46,449 nt of DNA from an uncultured Gammaproteobacteria bacterium (GCA_964491085.1 CAZBFB010000037.1:1-46449); one strand, 5' to 3'; positions 24,844 to 34,335 are shown, counted from the first letter of the stretch. Numbers and translations are program-made. Notes: generated by a model not told the origin, from the letters alone.

Positions 24844-25012
24844 ACTACGAATATACGAATGAAGTACGAATTTACGAATTTTTCGTCCCGAGGACGATCA
24901 GCCTCTGGCTGAAATCTCACCTTAATTTGCTTTCATTCGTAAATTCGTCTCAATTCGTACATTCGTAGTAATTTTGTACATTCGTAGTAACTATTCGTAC
25001 ATTCGTAGTAAT
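24844..25012 (+). repeat. tacgaat-family composite element with variable core and three gtacattcgtagtaa units
   Basis: The arms actacgaatatacgaatgaagtacgaatttacgaattt ... ttcattcgtaaattcgtctcaattcgta align with 35584-35679. The core has hairpins tcgtcccgaggacga and tcagcctctggctga. Units at 24957, 24976 and 24997. Confidence 0.85.
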
Positions 25013-25014
25013 TT

Positions 25015-26166
25015 ATGAAAATCACGCTTGTTCATGATCACTTGAATCAAATCGGCGGCGCGGAGTTTGTCCTCAAACAATTTCATGAGCTTTGGCCTCA
25101 AGCCACGACCCACACGTTGGCGTACGACCGGCGTTTGCAAGATTTTTTTGGGACGCACACTTTTAGTACATCGTTCATCGACCGATTACCCGGACGAGCT
25201 CGTTTTTTGCGTTGGTATTTGCCCTTGATGCCGCTGGCTACAGAATCGTATCGTTTTCGTGAAACAGATCTTATTTTGTCTAACTGCTCGGCGTTTGCCA
25301 AAGGAATTATTCCGCCCGCCGATGCTTATCATGTGAGTTATTGTCATACCCCCACGCGTTATTTATGGACCGATACCCTGCAATATGTTGACGACTTGCG
25401 CGCTCCCCGCTGGTTAAAATTAATGTTACCGTTCTTGATCTCGCGTTTGCGTGCCTGGGATTGGCAAGCGGCCCAACGAGTGGATTTATTTATAGCGAAT
25501 TCGGGAGAGGTACAAAAACGCATTCAGAGATATTATCAGCGGCCCAGTAAAATAATTTATCCACCAGTGGATACGGCGGCGTTTAATTGTCCAGTGGAAC
25601 CAGCGCGTTATTTTTTGACTGGCGGGCGACTGGTGGCGTATAAACGATTTGATTTGATAGTAGAGGCCTTTAATCATTTGGGTTTACCGCTGGTAGTATT
25701 TGGCACTGGACCGGAATTGGCAACTTTGCAAAAAAATGCCAAACCCAATATTCGTTTTACTGGTTTTGTTTCGCAAACAACGCGGGCTGAATTATTTTCG
25801 CGTTGTCGGGCGTTCATCGCCGCGCAACGCGAAGATTTTGGTTTGACCACAGCGGAAGCGCTGGCCGCCGGGCGGCCGGTGATTGCTTACCGGGCTGGTG
25901 GGTCGCTCGAAATCGTGGCCGAGGGGATCTCCGGAACTTTTTTTGATGACCAATGCTGGGAAGCTATCGCGGACAGCGTGATTCATTTTACCGATCGTAA
26001 TTATCATCCCGCTGTCATCCGTGCCAGCGCGCAAAAATTTTCTAAAGAGCGATTCCAACAAGAAATGCTCGCGCTGGTGGATAAAATCGTTCAAGCCCGG
26101 CGCGAATCTTTACCACTGGAGACGGCTTTTCAACTTAAACGCGAGTCAGCTCATTCACTGGTATAA
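25015..26166 (+). CDS. glycosyltransferase family 4 (GT-B fold)
   Basis: E.FG.T..EALAAGRPVIA...GG..E motif (E-x7-E type). Typical length. Adjacent to the priming sugar transferase. Confidence 0.88.
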   Translation: MKITLVHDHLNQIGGAEFVLKQFHELWPQATTHTLAYDRRLQDFFGTHTFSTSFIDRLPGRARFLRWYLPLMPLATESYRFRETDLILSNCSAFAKGIIPPADAYHVSYCHTPTRYLWTDTLQYVDDLRAPRWLKLMLPFLISRLRAWDWQAAQRVDLFIANSGEVQKRIQRYYQRPSKIIYPPVDTAAFNCPVEPARYFLTGGRLVAYKRFDLIVEAFNHLGLPLVVFGTGPELATLQKNAKPNIRFTGFVSQTTRAELFSRCRAFIAAQREDFGLTTAEALAAGRPVIAYRAGGSLEIVAEGISGTFFDDQCWEAIADSVIHFTDRNYHPAVIRASAQKFSKERFQQEMLALVDKIVQARRESLPLETAFQLKRESAHSLV

Positions 26167-26212
26167 ATTTTCTATCTTTCGTACTAGTTAGTAGTTCTTA
26201 CCCCAGCATTAC

Positions 26213-28129
26213 ATGAAACATCGCCCGGCTCATCCGTTTATTATTCCTGATGGCGGTTTAGCGCTTGATCGTCCTTACACCCACGCCGAATGGGATCAAG
26301 CCGCCATTCTCGGCACCGGCGATCGACGCTCGTCAACTCTTCGGCACACGCAAGCGCATAAACGCTTGTCGATTTTGTTTGTGAGCATTGTTTTTTTACT
26401 TATCAGTTTATATGCGCGCGTGGCGTATTTGGAACTAGTTGCCGGCGATAAATATCGGGCTCGCGCCGAAGGTAATCGTCTGCACACGCAACATTTATTG
26501 GCGCCGCGGGGCGAAATTGTTGATCGCTTTGGCACAACGCTCGTCGCTAATGAAAGTCGGTTTGTGTTAAGTGTTTTACCGCAAGAAATGCCTCGCACCA
26601 TCAATGAACAAACCGCCGGGCTGGTAAAATTGGCTGGGGTAACCGGGCTTGATGCCAAAGATTTACAAACGCGGTGGCAGGCCATTAGCAGTCGTCGGGT
26701 GGCGGAATTGGTATTATATGAATCCCTGCCTCGCCTGGCCGCCTTGCGTTTTTATGAAGCGGCTAATAATTTTCCGGAGTTTCGTTTAAGCGCCGCACCG
26801 CGCCGCGTGTTTCGCAATTCAAGTTTGGCGCTCGTTATCGGTCAGACCGCGTACCCGGATGAAGCAGAATTACAACGTCAACCCAATTTGTATCCCACCG
26901 ATACTATCGGCGTGGCTGGTTTGGAAGCAGAATATGATCAGGCGCTACGCGGCACTATGGGATTAGCCACCAGTGAAGTTGATAATCGCGGCCGGACGTT
27001 GGCTATACAATCATGGCAGGCGCCGATTAGTGGTAAAAAGCTTGTCACTACCATTGATAATGATTTACAAATTGTGGCGACGGCCAGTATGCAAAAAGTT
27101 TTGGCGACGGCTGGTAAACAACGTGCCGCGCTAGTGGCGATTGATCCGCTTTCGGGCGCTATTCGGGCGCTTGTGAACTGGCCGCAATTTGACCCCAATG
27201 CTTTAACCGGCGAGCAGGCGAATGAGACCTACCAACAACTTATTAATGATAAAAATCGGCCGCTATTTTTACGCGCCATTAGCGGCTTGTACCCACCTGG
27301 CTCGACCATAAAACCATTTTTGGCTGCGGCCGGCTTGGCGGAAAATATTATCACTCCGCAAACCACCGTACTTTCGACCGGCGGCATGCGGGTAGGGCAA
27401 TGGTTTTTTCCGGACTGGCGAGCGGATGGACACGGCGTGACCAATGTAACTAAAGCGATTGCTGATTCCGTAAATACATTTTTTTATTTGCTCGGTGGCG
27501 GTGATCCGAATCGTAATATTCCCGGCTTGGGTGTTGATCGTATGCGACGCTATGTTGAATCATTTGGTTTGAATCAGCGGCTGGGTATTGATTTGCCGGG
27601 CGAACAGTCCGGATTTTTTCCATCACCGGAATGGAAAACCAGCGTCAAGGGAGAGCCGTGGTACATTGGCGATACCTATCATGCGGCGATTGGACAGGGT
27701 GATGTGTTGGTTACTCCTTTGCAAATGGCCGTGGCTACAGCCGCGCTGGCCAATTCCGGCAAAGTATTTAGACCATATTTAGCCGAGGGTCAGGGCATGT
27801 TGTTGCGCTCGGTCTTGCCGAGTGAGGAACATTTGGCAGTAGTTCGCCAAGCCATGCGTGCCGCGGTGGTAAATGGCAGTGCGCGGCGTCTAGCAAATCT
27901 GGCCTTTCCCGTGGCTGGAAAAACCGGCACGGCGCAAGGTAATACCAAATTACCACACGCCTGGTTCATTGGTTTTGGACCGTACGAAAATCCTACGCTC
28001 GCGCTGGCTATTATTGTAGAGGACGCCGGTGAAGGATCAGCGGTGGCGGTGCCGATTGCTCATGATATCTTTGCCTGGTATTTTGCTAATCGTGTGGACA
28101 AGACAGTTGACACTCGCGATCAAGATTGA
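26213..28129 (+). CDS. mrdA: penicillin-binding protein 2 / peptidoglycan D,D-transpeptidase
   Basis: N-terminal TM helix. Transpeptidase motifs PGSTIKP (S..K), DSVN (S.N) and KTGTA (K.G). Confidence 0.9.
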   Translation: MKHRPAHPFIIPDGGLALDRPYTHAEWDQAAILGTGDRRSSTLRHTQAHKRLSILFVSIVFLLISLYARVAYLELVAGDKYRARAEGNRLHTQHLLAPRGEIVDRFGTTLVANESRFVLSVLPQEMPRTINEQTAGLVKLAGVTGLDAKDLQTRWQAISSRRVAELVLYESLPRLAALRFYEAANNFPEFRLSAAPRRVFRNSSLALVIGQTAYPDEAELQRQPNLYPTDTIGVAGLEAEYDQALRGTMGLATSEVDNRGRTLAIQSWQAPISGKKLVTTIDNDLQIVATASMQKVLATAGKQRAALVAIDPLSGAIRALVNWPQFDPNALTGEQANETYQQLINDKNRPLFLRAISGLYPPGSTIKPFLAAAGLAENIITPQTTVLSTGGMRVGQWFFPDWRADGHGVTNVTKAIADSVNTFFYLLGGGDPNRNIPGLGVDRMRRYVESFGLNQRLGIDLPGEQSGFFPSPEWKTSVKGEPWYIGDTYHAAIGQGDVLVTPLQMAVATAALANSGKVFRPYLAEGQGMLLRSVLPSEEHLAVVRQAMRAAVVNGSARRLANLAFPVAGKTGTAQGNTKLPHAWFIGFGPYENPTLALAIIVEDAGEGSAVAVPIAHDIFAWYFANRVDKTVDTRDQD

Positions 28130-28165
28130 TAGGGTATTTGTATTCTTTATATATTGATAAATTTT

Positions 28166-28633
28166 ATGGATGAAAAAATATACGTTTCCGCGGAAAAACT
28201 TAGTGAACTAAAAAAAGAACTGGAAGAACTAAAAACCGTTAAGCGGCGTGAAGTGGCGGAGCGAATAAACGAAGCTAAGGACTTGGGTGATCTTTCCGAA
28301 AATGCCGAATATCAACAAGCCCGCGATGAACAGGGATTTATTGAAGGCCGGGTGATGGAGCTTGAAGACATGCTCAAGCGCGTGCAGGTAGTTGATAAAA
28401 CGCAAGCCACGGGTGGCACGGTGCGAGTAGGTTCTAAGGTGCGTGTCAAACAGGACGCGAATGACACTGAACAGTTTGAAATTGTCGGTTCACAAGAAGC
28501 TGATCCGATTAATTATAAAATATCAAACGCGTCACCACTCGGCAAAGTATTGTTGGGAAGAAAAGCCGGCGATACAGTAATTGCTCAACTGCCTAACGGC
28601 GAACGAACATATCTGATTGTAGCGGTAGAATAA
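28166..28633 (+). CDS. greA: transcription elongation factor GreA
   Basis: Coiled-coil N-terminus with A...GDLSENAEY..A..EQ..IE.R. C-terminal FKBP-like domain has SP.G..LLG...GD. Confidence 0.93.
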   Translation: MDEKIYVSAEKLSELKKELEELKTVKRREVAERINEAKDLGDLSENAEYQQARDEQGFIEGRVMELEDMLKRVQVVDKTQATGGTVRVGSKVRVKQDANDTEQFEIVGSQEADPINYKISNASPLGKVLLGRKAGDTVIAQLPNGERTYLIVAVE

Positions 28634-28718
28634 CCAAGAAATAAACCGTTCCCACCGGAGCGGTTTTCTGTTAGTAAATGATTTGACCGCGAGACCAACA
28701 ACGGAGTATAATTCTGCC

Positions 28719-30167
28719 ATGCAAAACGAATACGCTATTCGTCAAGAGCGTCTTAAAAGTATCCGCGAGCAGGGAATCAATCCCTACCCCGCCAGCGTGG
28801 TCCGGACACAGCTTATCAAAAATGTGGTGGCTGATTTTTCGGCACTCGAGACAACGGGCGCGGCTGTGGCCATTGTCGGCCGGTTGCGACTGATGCGTGG
28901 TCATGGCGGCTCGACGTTTTTTCATCTCGAAGACGGCTCGGGTAAAATTCAATGCTATATCAAAAAAGATGTGGTGGGCGAAGATGCTTACACCTTTTTT
29001 TCATTATTTGATGTGGGTGATTTTGTCGCGGTCAACGGCCTTGCTTTCCACACCAAAAAAGGTGAGCCGACTATTCAAGTAAAAACCATCACCCTTTTGA
29101 CCAAGTCCCTGCGCCCGTTGCCGGATAAATTTCATGGTTTGCAAGACATGGAAGCGCGTTTGCGCCATCGCTATTTGGATTTATTGATGAATCCAGAGGC
29201 GCGTGAGTTGTTCCGACGCAAAGCATTGTTTTGGAGCACTATTCGCACCTTCATGCTGGCTCAAGATTTTTTGGAAGTGGAAACGCCGGTGCTGGAAACA
29301 GTGCCGGGCGGCGCGGAGGCGGAGCCGTTCGTAACGCATCACCGCGCGCTCGATCGCGATTTTTTTCTGCGCATCTCGCTGGAATTACCGCTTAAACGCC
29401 TGATGGTAGGCGGCTATGAAAAAGTATTTGAGATTGGTCGGATTTTTCGTAATGAAGGTATTTCCACCGAGCACCTGCAGGACTACACCCAATTAGAATT
29501 TTATTGGGCCTATACGGATTACAATAGTTTGATGCAATTTGTGCAGGAATTATATCGTTCGATTGTGAAATCGTTGTTCAACAGTTACATGGTAACTAAT
29601 CAAGGGCGTACGGTTGATTGGGGGAAAGAGTGGAAACGATACGATTATTATGAATTATTTTTGGAACACGCCGGGCTTGATCTAAAAACCGTCACGGAAG
29701 CAGAGCTCAAGAAAAAAGCCGATACCTTACACATCAAATACGAAAAATTTGCGCATAAGGGTCGCTTGATTGATTTGATTTACAAAAAAACCGTGCGCCC
29801 AAAATTGATCGATCCGGGATTTTTGATTGATCCACCGGTGGAAGTAGAGCCGCTGGCCAAACGCAAGGCATCAGATCCGACGCGCGTGGAGCGGGTGCAA
29901 GTGATAGCCTGGGGCACGGAATTAGGAAAAGGATTTTCGGAATTAAATGATCCCATTGATCAGCGCGCTCGGTTTGCCGAACAAATGAAACTGCGAGCCG
30001 AAGGCGATGCCGAAGCTCAGCCGCTGGATCTTGATTTTGTGGAAGCGCTCGAATACGGCATGCCCCCGACGGCCGGATTTGGTTTGTCCGAACGCCTCTT
30101 CGCGGTTTTATCCGATTTACCAATCCGCGAAACGGTTTTGTTTCCGCCGATGCGAGAAAAAATGTAA
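28719..30167 (+). CDS. lysS: lysine--tRNA ligase (class II)
   Basis: OB-fold N-terminal domain, FLEVETP, IFRNEG.S..H..EFT..E, and GMPP.AG.G.G.DR-like LEYGMPPTAGFGLSERL. Start set at ATG 28719. Confidence 0.95.
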   Translation: MQNEYAIRQERLKSIREQGINPYPASVVRTQLIKNVVADFSALETTGAAVAIVGRLRLMRGHGGSTFFHLEDGSGKIQCYIKKDVVGEDAYTFFSLFDVGDFVAVNGLAFHTKKGEPTIQVKTITLLTKSLRPLPDKFHGLQDMEARLRHRYLDLLMNPEARELFRRKALFWSTIRTFMLAQDFLEVETPVLETVPGGAEAEPFVTHHRALDRDFFLRISLELPLKRLMVGGYEKVFEIGRIFRNEGISTEHLQDYTQLEFYWAYTDYNSLMQFVQELYRSIVKSLFNSYMVTNQGRTVDWGKEWKRYDYYELFLEHAGLDLKTVTEAELKKKADTLHIKYEKFAHKGRLIDLIYKKTVRPKLIDPGFLIDPPVEVEPLAKRKASDPTRVERVQVIAWGTELGKGFSELNDPIDQRARFAEQMKLRAEGDAEAQPLDLDFVEALEYGMPPTAGFGLSERLFAVLSDLPIRETVLFPPMREKM

Positions 30168-30284
30168 TCCCGAAAACAATTAATATCCAGCAATATCGCG
30201 AAGCGGATATCTATAAGTATCAGAAATTAATGGATACTTGTTCGCTGGCGCTCACGATACTAATAGATACTTATCGTAGACGAC

Positions 30285-30680
30285 ATGAAAAAAGTTTTAG
30301 TTTTCGGCACCTTTGACATTCTCCATCCCGGGCATATTTGGTTTTTGCAACAAGCGCGCCAGCAGGGGACACACTTGACTGTTGTCGTTGGGCGCGACAG
30401 TGTGACCAAAAAAATCAAAGGCAAGCAATCGCATTTCAATGAACGCGAACGTCTACATATGATTCAAGCCCTATCGTTGGTTGACCATGCGATACTCGGC
30501 GATCAACTGGGCAAACAAACAGTTTTAAAACGAGAACGACCGGACGTGATTTGCTGGGGTTATGACCAATCACCAACCATTGCCAAACATTTTGATGCTA
30601 AAATCCTTAAAGTAATTAAACAAAAAAGAATTAGCGCTTATCACCCACGCCGTTATGGTTCATCCAAGATTAGTTCGTAA
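30285..30680 (+). CDS. small cytidylyltransferase-fold nucleotidyltransferase, RibL (archaeal FAD synthase)/TagD-like
   Basis: GTFDILHPGH (H.GH motif) and a 131-aa length. Overall resemblance to RibL-type enzymes as I remember them. Substrate assignment is tentative. Confidence 0.72.
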   Translation: MKKVLVFGTFDILHPGHIWFLQQARQQGTHLTVVVGRDSVTKKIKGKQSHFNERERLHMIQALSLVDHAILGDQLGKQTVLKRERPDVICWGYDQSPTIAKHFDAKILKVIKQKRISAYHPRRYGSSKISS

Positions 30681-31107
30681 GCAACGGCATATCGTGGTGG
30701 CGGTGGCGGTGATTACTGATCCGGCGGGGCGTTTTCTGGTTTGTCGGCGCAATGACCCCCGTAATCCAAAATTTCATAATAAATTAGAATTTCCCGGCGG
30801 TAGTGTGGAAATATTTGAAACTCCGGAGCAAGCCCTCAAACGAGAAATTAAAGAGGAGATTGATTGTGAAATTGAAATTCACCGACTGATTCCTCATGTT
30901 GTTGTCAGCAATGTAGACGGGGCACGTCGCGGATTAAATATTTTTGTTTTATTTTTTCATGCGACCATTACCCAAGGAACACCGCAACCGTGTTCTTCGG
31001 AAACATTAGAATGTTTATGGCTAACTGAAGAAGCAATAAATAATCAAGCCACCCTACCCGGGGTAGCTCAAGTCATAGCTTTATTCCGCACCACCGCAAA
31101 AAAATAA
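30655..31107 (+). CDS. Nudix hydrolase
   Basis: Nudix box GGSVEIFETPEQALKREIKEEIDC. Overlaps the preceding gene by 26 nt. Confidence 0.82.
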   Translation: MVHPRLVRKQRHIVVAVAVITDPAGRFLVCRRNDPRNPKFHNKLEFPGGSVEIFETPEQALKREIKEEIDCEIEIHRLIPHVVVSNVDGARRGLNIFVLFFHATITQGTPQPCSSETLECLWLTEEAINNQATLPGVAQVIALFRTTAKK

Positions 31108-31112
31108 TTCAT

Positions 31113-32354
31113 ATGCTCGACATAAAATTCATTCGCGAACACGCTGAAGCCGTACAAAAAAATGCCAACCGTCGCGGCTATAAGGTTGATGTTGCCGCGG
31201 TGCTTAAATTAGACGAAGAACGTCGGGTGCTGTTGCAAGAGAGCGAACAAATTCGGGCTGAACAAAATAAACAACCAAAAAGCAAGCCGCCGGCGGCACA
31301 ATTAAAAACTTTGAAAGTAAAAAGTGAGCGGAAAAAAGAATTAGAAAAACGACTCACGGGAGTAGAGCTGGAATTAAATCAGTTGGCGCGACAAATTCCT
31401 AATATGATGGCGGGAGACGTGCCGGATGGCGGTGAAGATGACGGAATGGAAATTCGCAAAGTCGGAAAAATTCCTACTTTTGATTTCACACCCAAAGATC
31501 ATCTGGAATTAGGTGAAGCGCTTAATGTAATTGACGTGGAACGGGCGGTTAAAGTATCGGGTGCGCGCTTTGCCTATTTGAAAAATCAATTAGTGTTCCT
31601 GGAGCAAGCGATTATTCGCTATGCTTTTGACAGCTTGGTCAAAGCCGGATTTGAACCGGTCGAGCCGCCATTTTTTGTGTCGGATGAAGCTATGGCGGGA
31701 ATGGGATACTTGGAGCGCGGTGAAGGCACGGAAAAATATCATTTTGAAGCGGATAAATTATATTTACTCGGCACGGCCGAACACGCGCTTGGCCCGATGC
31801 ATAAAGATGAAATCCTTGAGGCCAAACAATTGCCGCGTCGTTACGCTGGCGTTTCACCCTGCTTTCGGCGCGAAGCCGGCAGTTACGGCAGAGACACGCG
31901 CGGGATTATGCGCATGCATCAATTCAATAAAGTGGAAATGTTTTCGCTGACCACGCCGGAAGAATCAGACAAAGAACAGTTATTGTTCTTGAGCCTGGTG
32001 GAAAAAATGTTGCAAGCGATCGGTTTACCGTATCGCGTGGTGTGTTTAGCCGCGCAAGATATTCCCCTGCCTAATTATCGGACATACGATGTGGAAACTT
32101 GGTTTCCGGCACAACAAAAATATCGCGAGACGCACTCTATATCTTCAACCACTGATTTTCAAACCCGCCGTTTAAATATCCGCTACCGCGCTGGTGACGG
32201 CACGCGCTACGTCCACGCCGTCAACGGCACCGCCTTCGCCACCAACCGCATCCTGGCCGCGATCATGGAAAATTTTCAACAAGCGGACGGATCAATCACG
32301 ATTCCAAAAGCGCTGGCGCCGTATTGCGGGTTTGAGAGGATAATATTAAAGTAG
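31113..32354 (+). CDS. serS: serine--tRNA ligase
   Basis: N-terminal coiled-coil arm. Class II motifs FRREAGS.G.DT.G..R.HQF.K.E and GTA.A..R.L.A..EN. Confidence 0.95.
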   Translation: MLDIKFIREHAEAVQKNANRRGYKVDVAAVLKLDEERRVLLQESEQIRAEQNKQPKSKPPAAQLKTLKVKSERKKELEKRLTGVELELNQLARQIPNMMAGDVPDGGEDDGMEIRKVGKIPTFDFTPKDHLELGEALNVIDVERAVKVSGARFAYLKNQLVFLEQAIIRYAFDSLVKAGFEPVEPPFFVSDEAMAGMGYLERGEGTEKYHFEADKLYLLGTAEHALGPMHKDEILEAKQLPRRYAGVSPCFRREAGSYGRDTRGIMRMHQFNKVEMFSLTTPEESDKEQLLFLSLVEKMLQAIGLPYRVVCLAAQDIPLPNYRTYDVETWFPAQQKYRETHSISSTTDFQTRRLNIRYRAGDGTRYVHAVNGTAFATNRILAAIMENFQQADGSITIPKALAPYCGFERIILK

Positions 32355-32379
32355 TAAATAATCGTTATTTTAAAGAATT

Positions 32380-32613
32380 ATGAAAACAATAAAGTTAACC
32401 AACAACGATCGAAAAAAATATTTTAGACAAATTTTTGTCAACCTTGTCTATGACAATATGGCCATGGAGGATGAAGCTATTTTTTCTAAAAAAAATATTG
32501 CTAAACGCTATAAACTGCAAATTGATAATTTGATCAAGGAGGGTGCTCACAAAAAAATCGTCATCCCTCATTCATATTATGTCAAAAACAAAGCCAACCT
32601 ATCGAGAAACTAA
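32380..32613 (+). CDS. small protein upstream of and overlapping the Fic gene; possible FicA-type antitoxin or detached N-terminus
   Basis: 77-aa ORF overlapping the Fic reading frame. It contains NLIKEG, one residue away from the (S/T)xxxE(G/N) Fic-inhibition motif. The region looks AT-rich. Confidence 0.4.
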   Translation: MKTIKLTNNDRKKYFRQIFVNLVYDNMAMEDEAIFSKKNIAKRYKLQIDNLIKEGAHKKIVIPHSYYVKNKANLSRN

Positions 32614-33138
32614 GTTCGGTATTATTTCGGTTGCTGAAATTGAAGCATTAATCACTGACGGTGTTGCCAATGTCAACGCTTTTTTGTTGCGCGAATCTGA
32701 AAATTTACCGATCAGCGTTAAAACAGCCAAAGGATTTCATGAAAAAATTGCCGGGCATATTTTTGGTGATGCGGGAAAGTTTAGAAAGAGCGAAGTAACT
32801 GTCGGAACGTATGAACCGCCATTTTTTTTCAAATTCCAGAATTAATGATCAACTGGGAATCCGATTATAGCGAGCGACACAAACACACAAAAAATCAAGA
32901 TGAACAAATTGAACTTCTGGCTTGGATGATGCATCAATTTTTATTGATCCATCCATTTTTTGATTACAACGGACGTGTTGCCCGCTTACTCGGCCAATTA
33001 TTTCTTCTGCAACACAAATTACCCATCTCCAGTTTCGTGGGTATTAAACCAACAAATTTTACAACTGCCATGAAAAAAGCAACTATCGATCATGATACAA
33101 AAAGCATAGTTACACTGATAAACAAAAGTATTCAATAA
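32579..33138 (+). pseudogene. Fic-domain protein interrupted by a -1 frame change at a T8 run
   Basis: Upstream part ..GFHEKIAGHIFGDAGKFRKSEVTVGTYEPPFFF stops at 32843-32845. The downstream frame continues QIPELMINW... and carries the Fic motif HPFFDYNGRVAR. One extra T in the run 32822-32829 would restore a single ORF. Confidence 0.7.
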
Positions 33139-33156
33139 GTAGACCCGAGAATAAAT

Positions 33157-34332
33157 ATGCCCCCAAAAACCTGGGTTGAAATATCCGCATTGGCCCTAAA
33201 ACACAATATCGCCACCATTCGTCGCGTCCTCTCAAACGGGGCGCGGCTTTGTTGTGTGGTTAAGGCGAATGCGTATGGGCACGGGCTTTTGGAAGTCGCA
33301 CAAATTTGCGCTGAAAACGGGGCTGATTGGCTAGGGGTAGATTCCCTTGAAGAAGGGCTAAAACTGCGTCAGAATGGCCTTAAAACGCCAATTTTGGTGC
33401 TTGGGTATACACCATTAGCCAACCTGGGCCTAGCTCAACCTAATGATATCGCTTTGACGGTGTACAATTTTGAAACCATTGACGCTTTGCCGGCCGGCAC
33501 AAAAATTCATATTAAAGTTGAAACCGGTACCAGTCGGCAGGGCGTGCTGATTGAAAATTTAGTTTTATTGGCCAAAAGAGCCGGGGAGCGGGGACTGATT
33601 ATCGAAGGATTGTCCACTCATTTTGCGAACGTTGAAGATGTGTGTGATCCGTCATACGCGCGAGAACAGTTGCAACGATTCAATAACGCGCGCGCCGCAC
33701 TGAAACAGGCGGGCTTTATTGTTCCGATTGCGCACACCGCCTGTTCGGCCGCAATTTTTTTATATCCGAAAACTCATTTTGACATGGTGCGCTTAGGAAT
33801 TTCGTTGTATGGATTATGGTCCGTGTCATTGCGAGGGAGCTCAAGCGACCGCGGCAATCGCATGGCAAACGAACACAGATTGCTTCGCGGAGTTTACCTT
33901 GAGCCCGTCGAATGGGCTCGCAATGACATAAAGCTAAAACCTGTTATCACCTGGAAAACAATTATCGCGCAGATAAAATCTTTACCAGCCGGCACGCCGG
34001 TAAGTTACGGTTTAACGGAACGCGTTGTACGCGATTCAACGGTGGCGATTTTGCCGATCGGGTATTGGGACGGGTATGATCGAAAATTATCTTCGTGCGG
34101 TGAAGTGTTAATTCATGGCAAACGTTGCAAAGTTCTTGGTCGTGTGTGCATGAATATGATTGTTGTCGACGTTACGGCTGTGCCGGACGCAAAACTCGAA
34201 GACGAAGTTGTGCTCTTGGGTTCTCAAGGCGATGATATAATTACCGCCGAAGAACTGGCGAAAAAAATCGGAACGATTAATTATGAAGTCGTGACGAGGA
34301 TTAACCCGTTCATCAAAAGGAGTGTGATCTAA
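33157..34332 (+). CDS. alr: alanine racemase with an in-frame repeat insertion
   Basis: VVKANAYGHG (PLP lysine), the VETGTSRQG region, ISLYGLW, and VSYG...IGYWDGY. Confidence 0.93.
   Translation: MPPKTWVEISALALKHNIATIRRVLSNGARLCCVVKANAYGHGLLEVAQICAENGADWLGVDSLEEGLKLRQNGLKTPILVLGYTPLANLGLAQPNDIALTVYNFETIDALPAGTKIHIKVETGTSRQGVLIENLVLLAKRAGERGLIIEGLSTHFANVEDVCDPSYAREQLQRFNNARAALKQAGFIVPIAHTACSAAIFLYPKTHFDMVRLGISLYGLWSVSLRGSSSDRGNRMANEHRLLRGVYLEPVEWARNDIKLKPVITWKTIIAQIKSLPAGTPVSYGLTERVVRDSTVAILPIGYWDGYDRKLSSCGEVLIHGKRCKVLGRVCMNMIVVDVTAVPDAKLEDEVVLLGSQGDDIITAEELAKKIGTINYEVVTRINPFIKRSVI
33825..33927. repeat. ~103-bp palindromic MITE-like element translated in frame within alr
   Basis: 11-bp perfect terminal inverted repeats gtcattgcgag (33825-33835) / ctcgcaatgac (33917-33927). 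Inner inverted repeat cgcggcaatc / gattgcttcgcg. Confidence 0.8.
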
Positions 34333-34335
34333 TTA

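Noticed and set aside
24844-25012. Possible CRISPR array, given the many repeated tacgaat / gtacattcgtagtaa units here and at 35584-35679
   Set aside because: The units are 6-15 bp with irregular spacing. They are arranged as inverted arms of a palindromic element rather than as 25-40 bp direct repeats separated by unique spacers of constant length. No cas genes are nearby.
28634-28718. T-box or other riboswitch leaders upstream of lysS, serS, cysS or gltX
   Set aside because: The spacers are too short (5-85 nt) to hold a T-box leader. No specifier or T-box sequence was seen.
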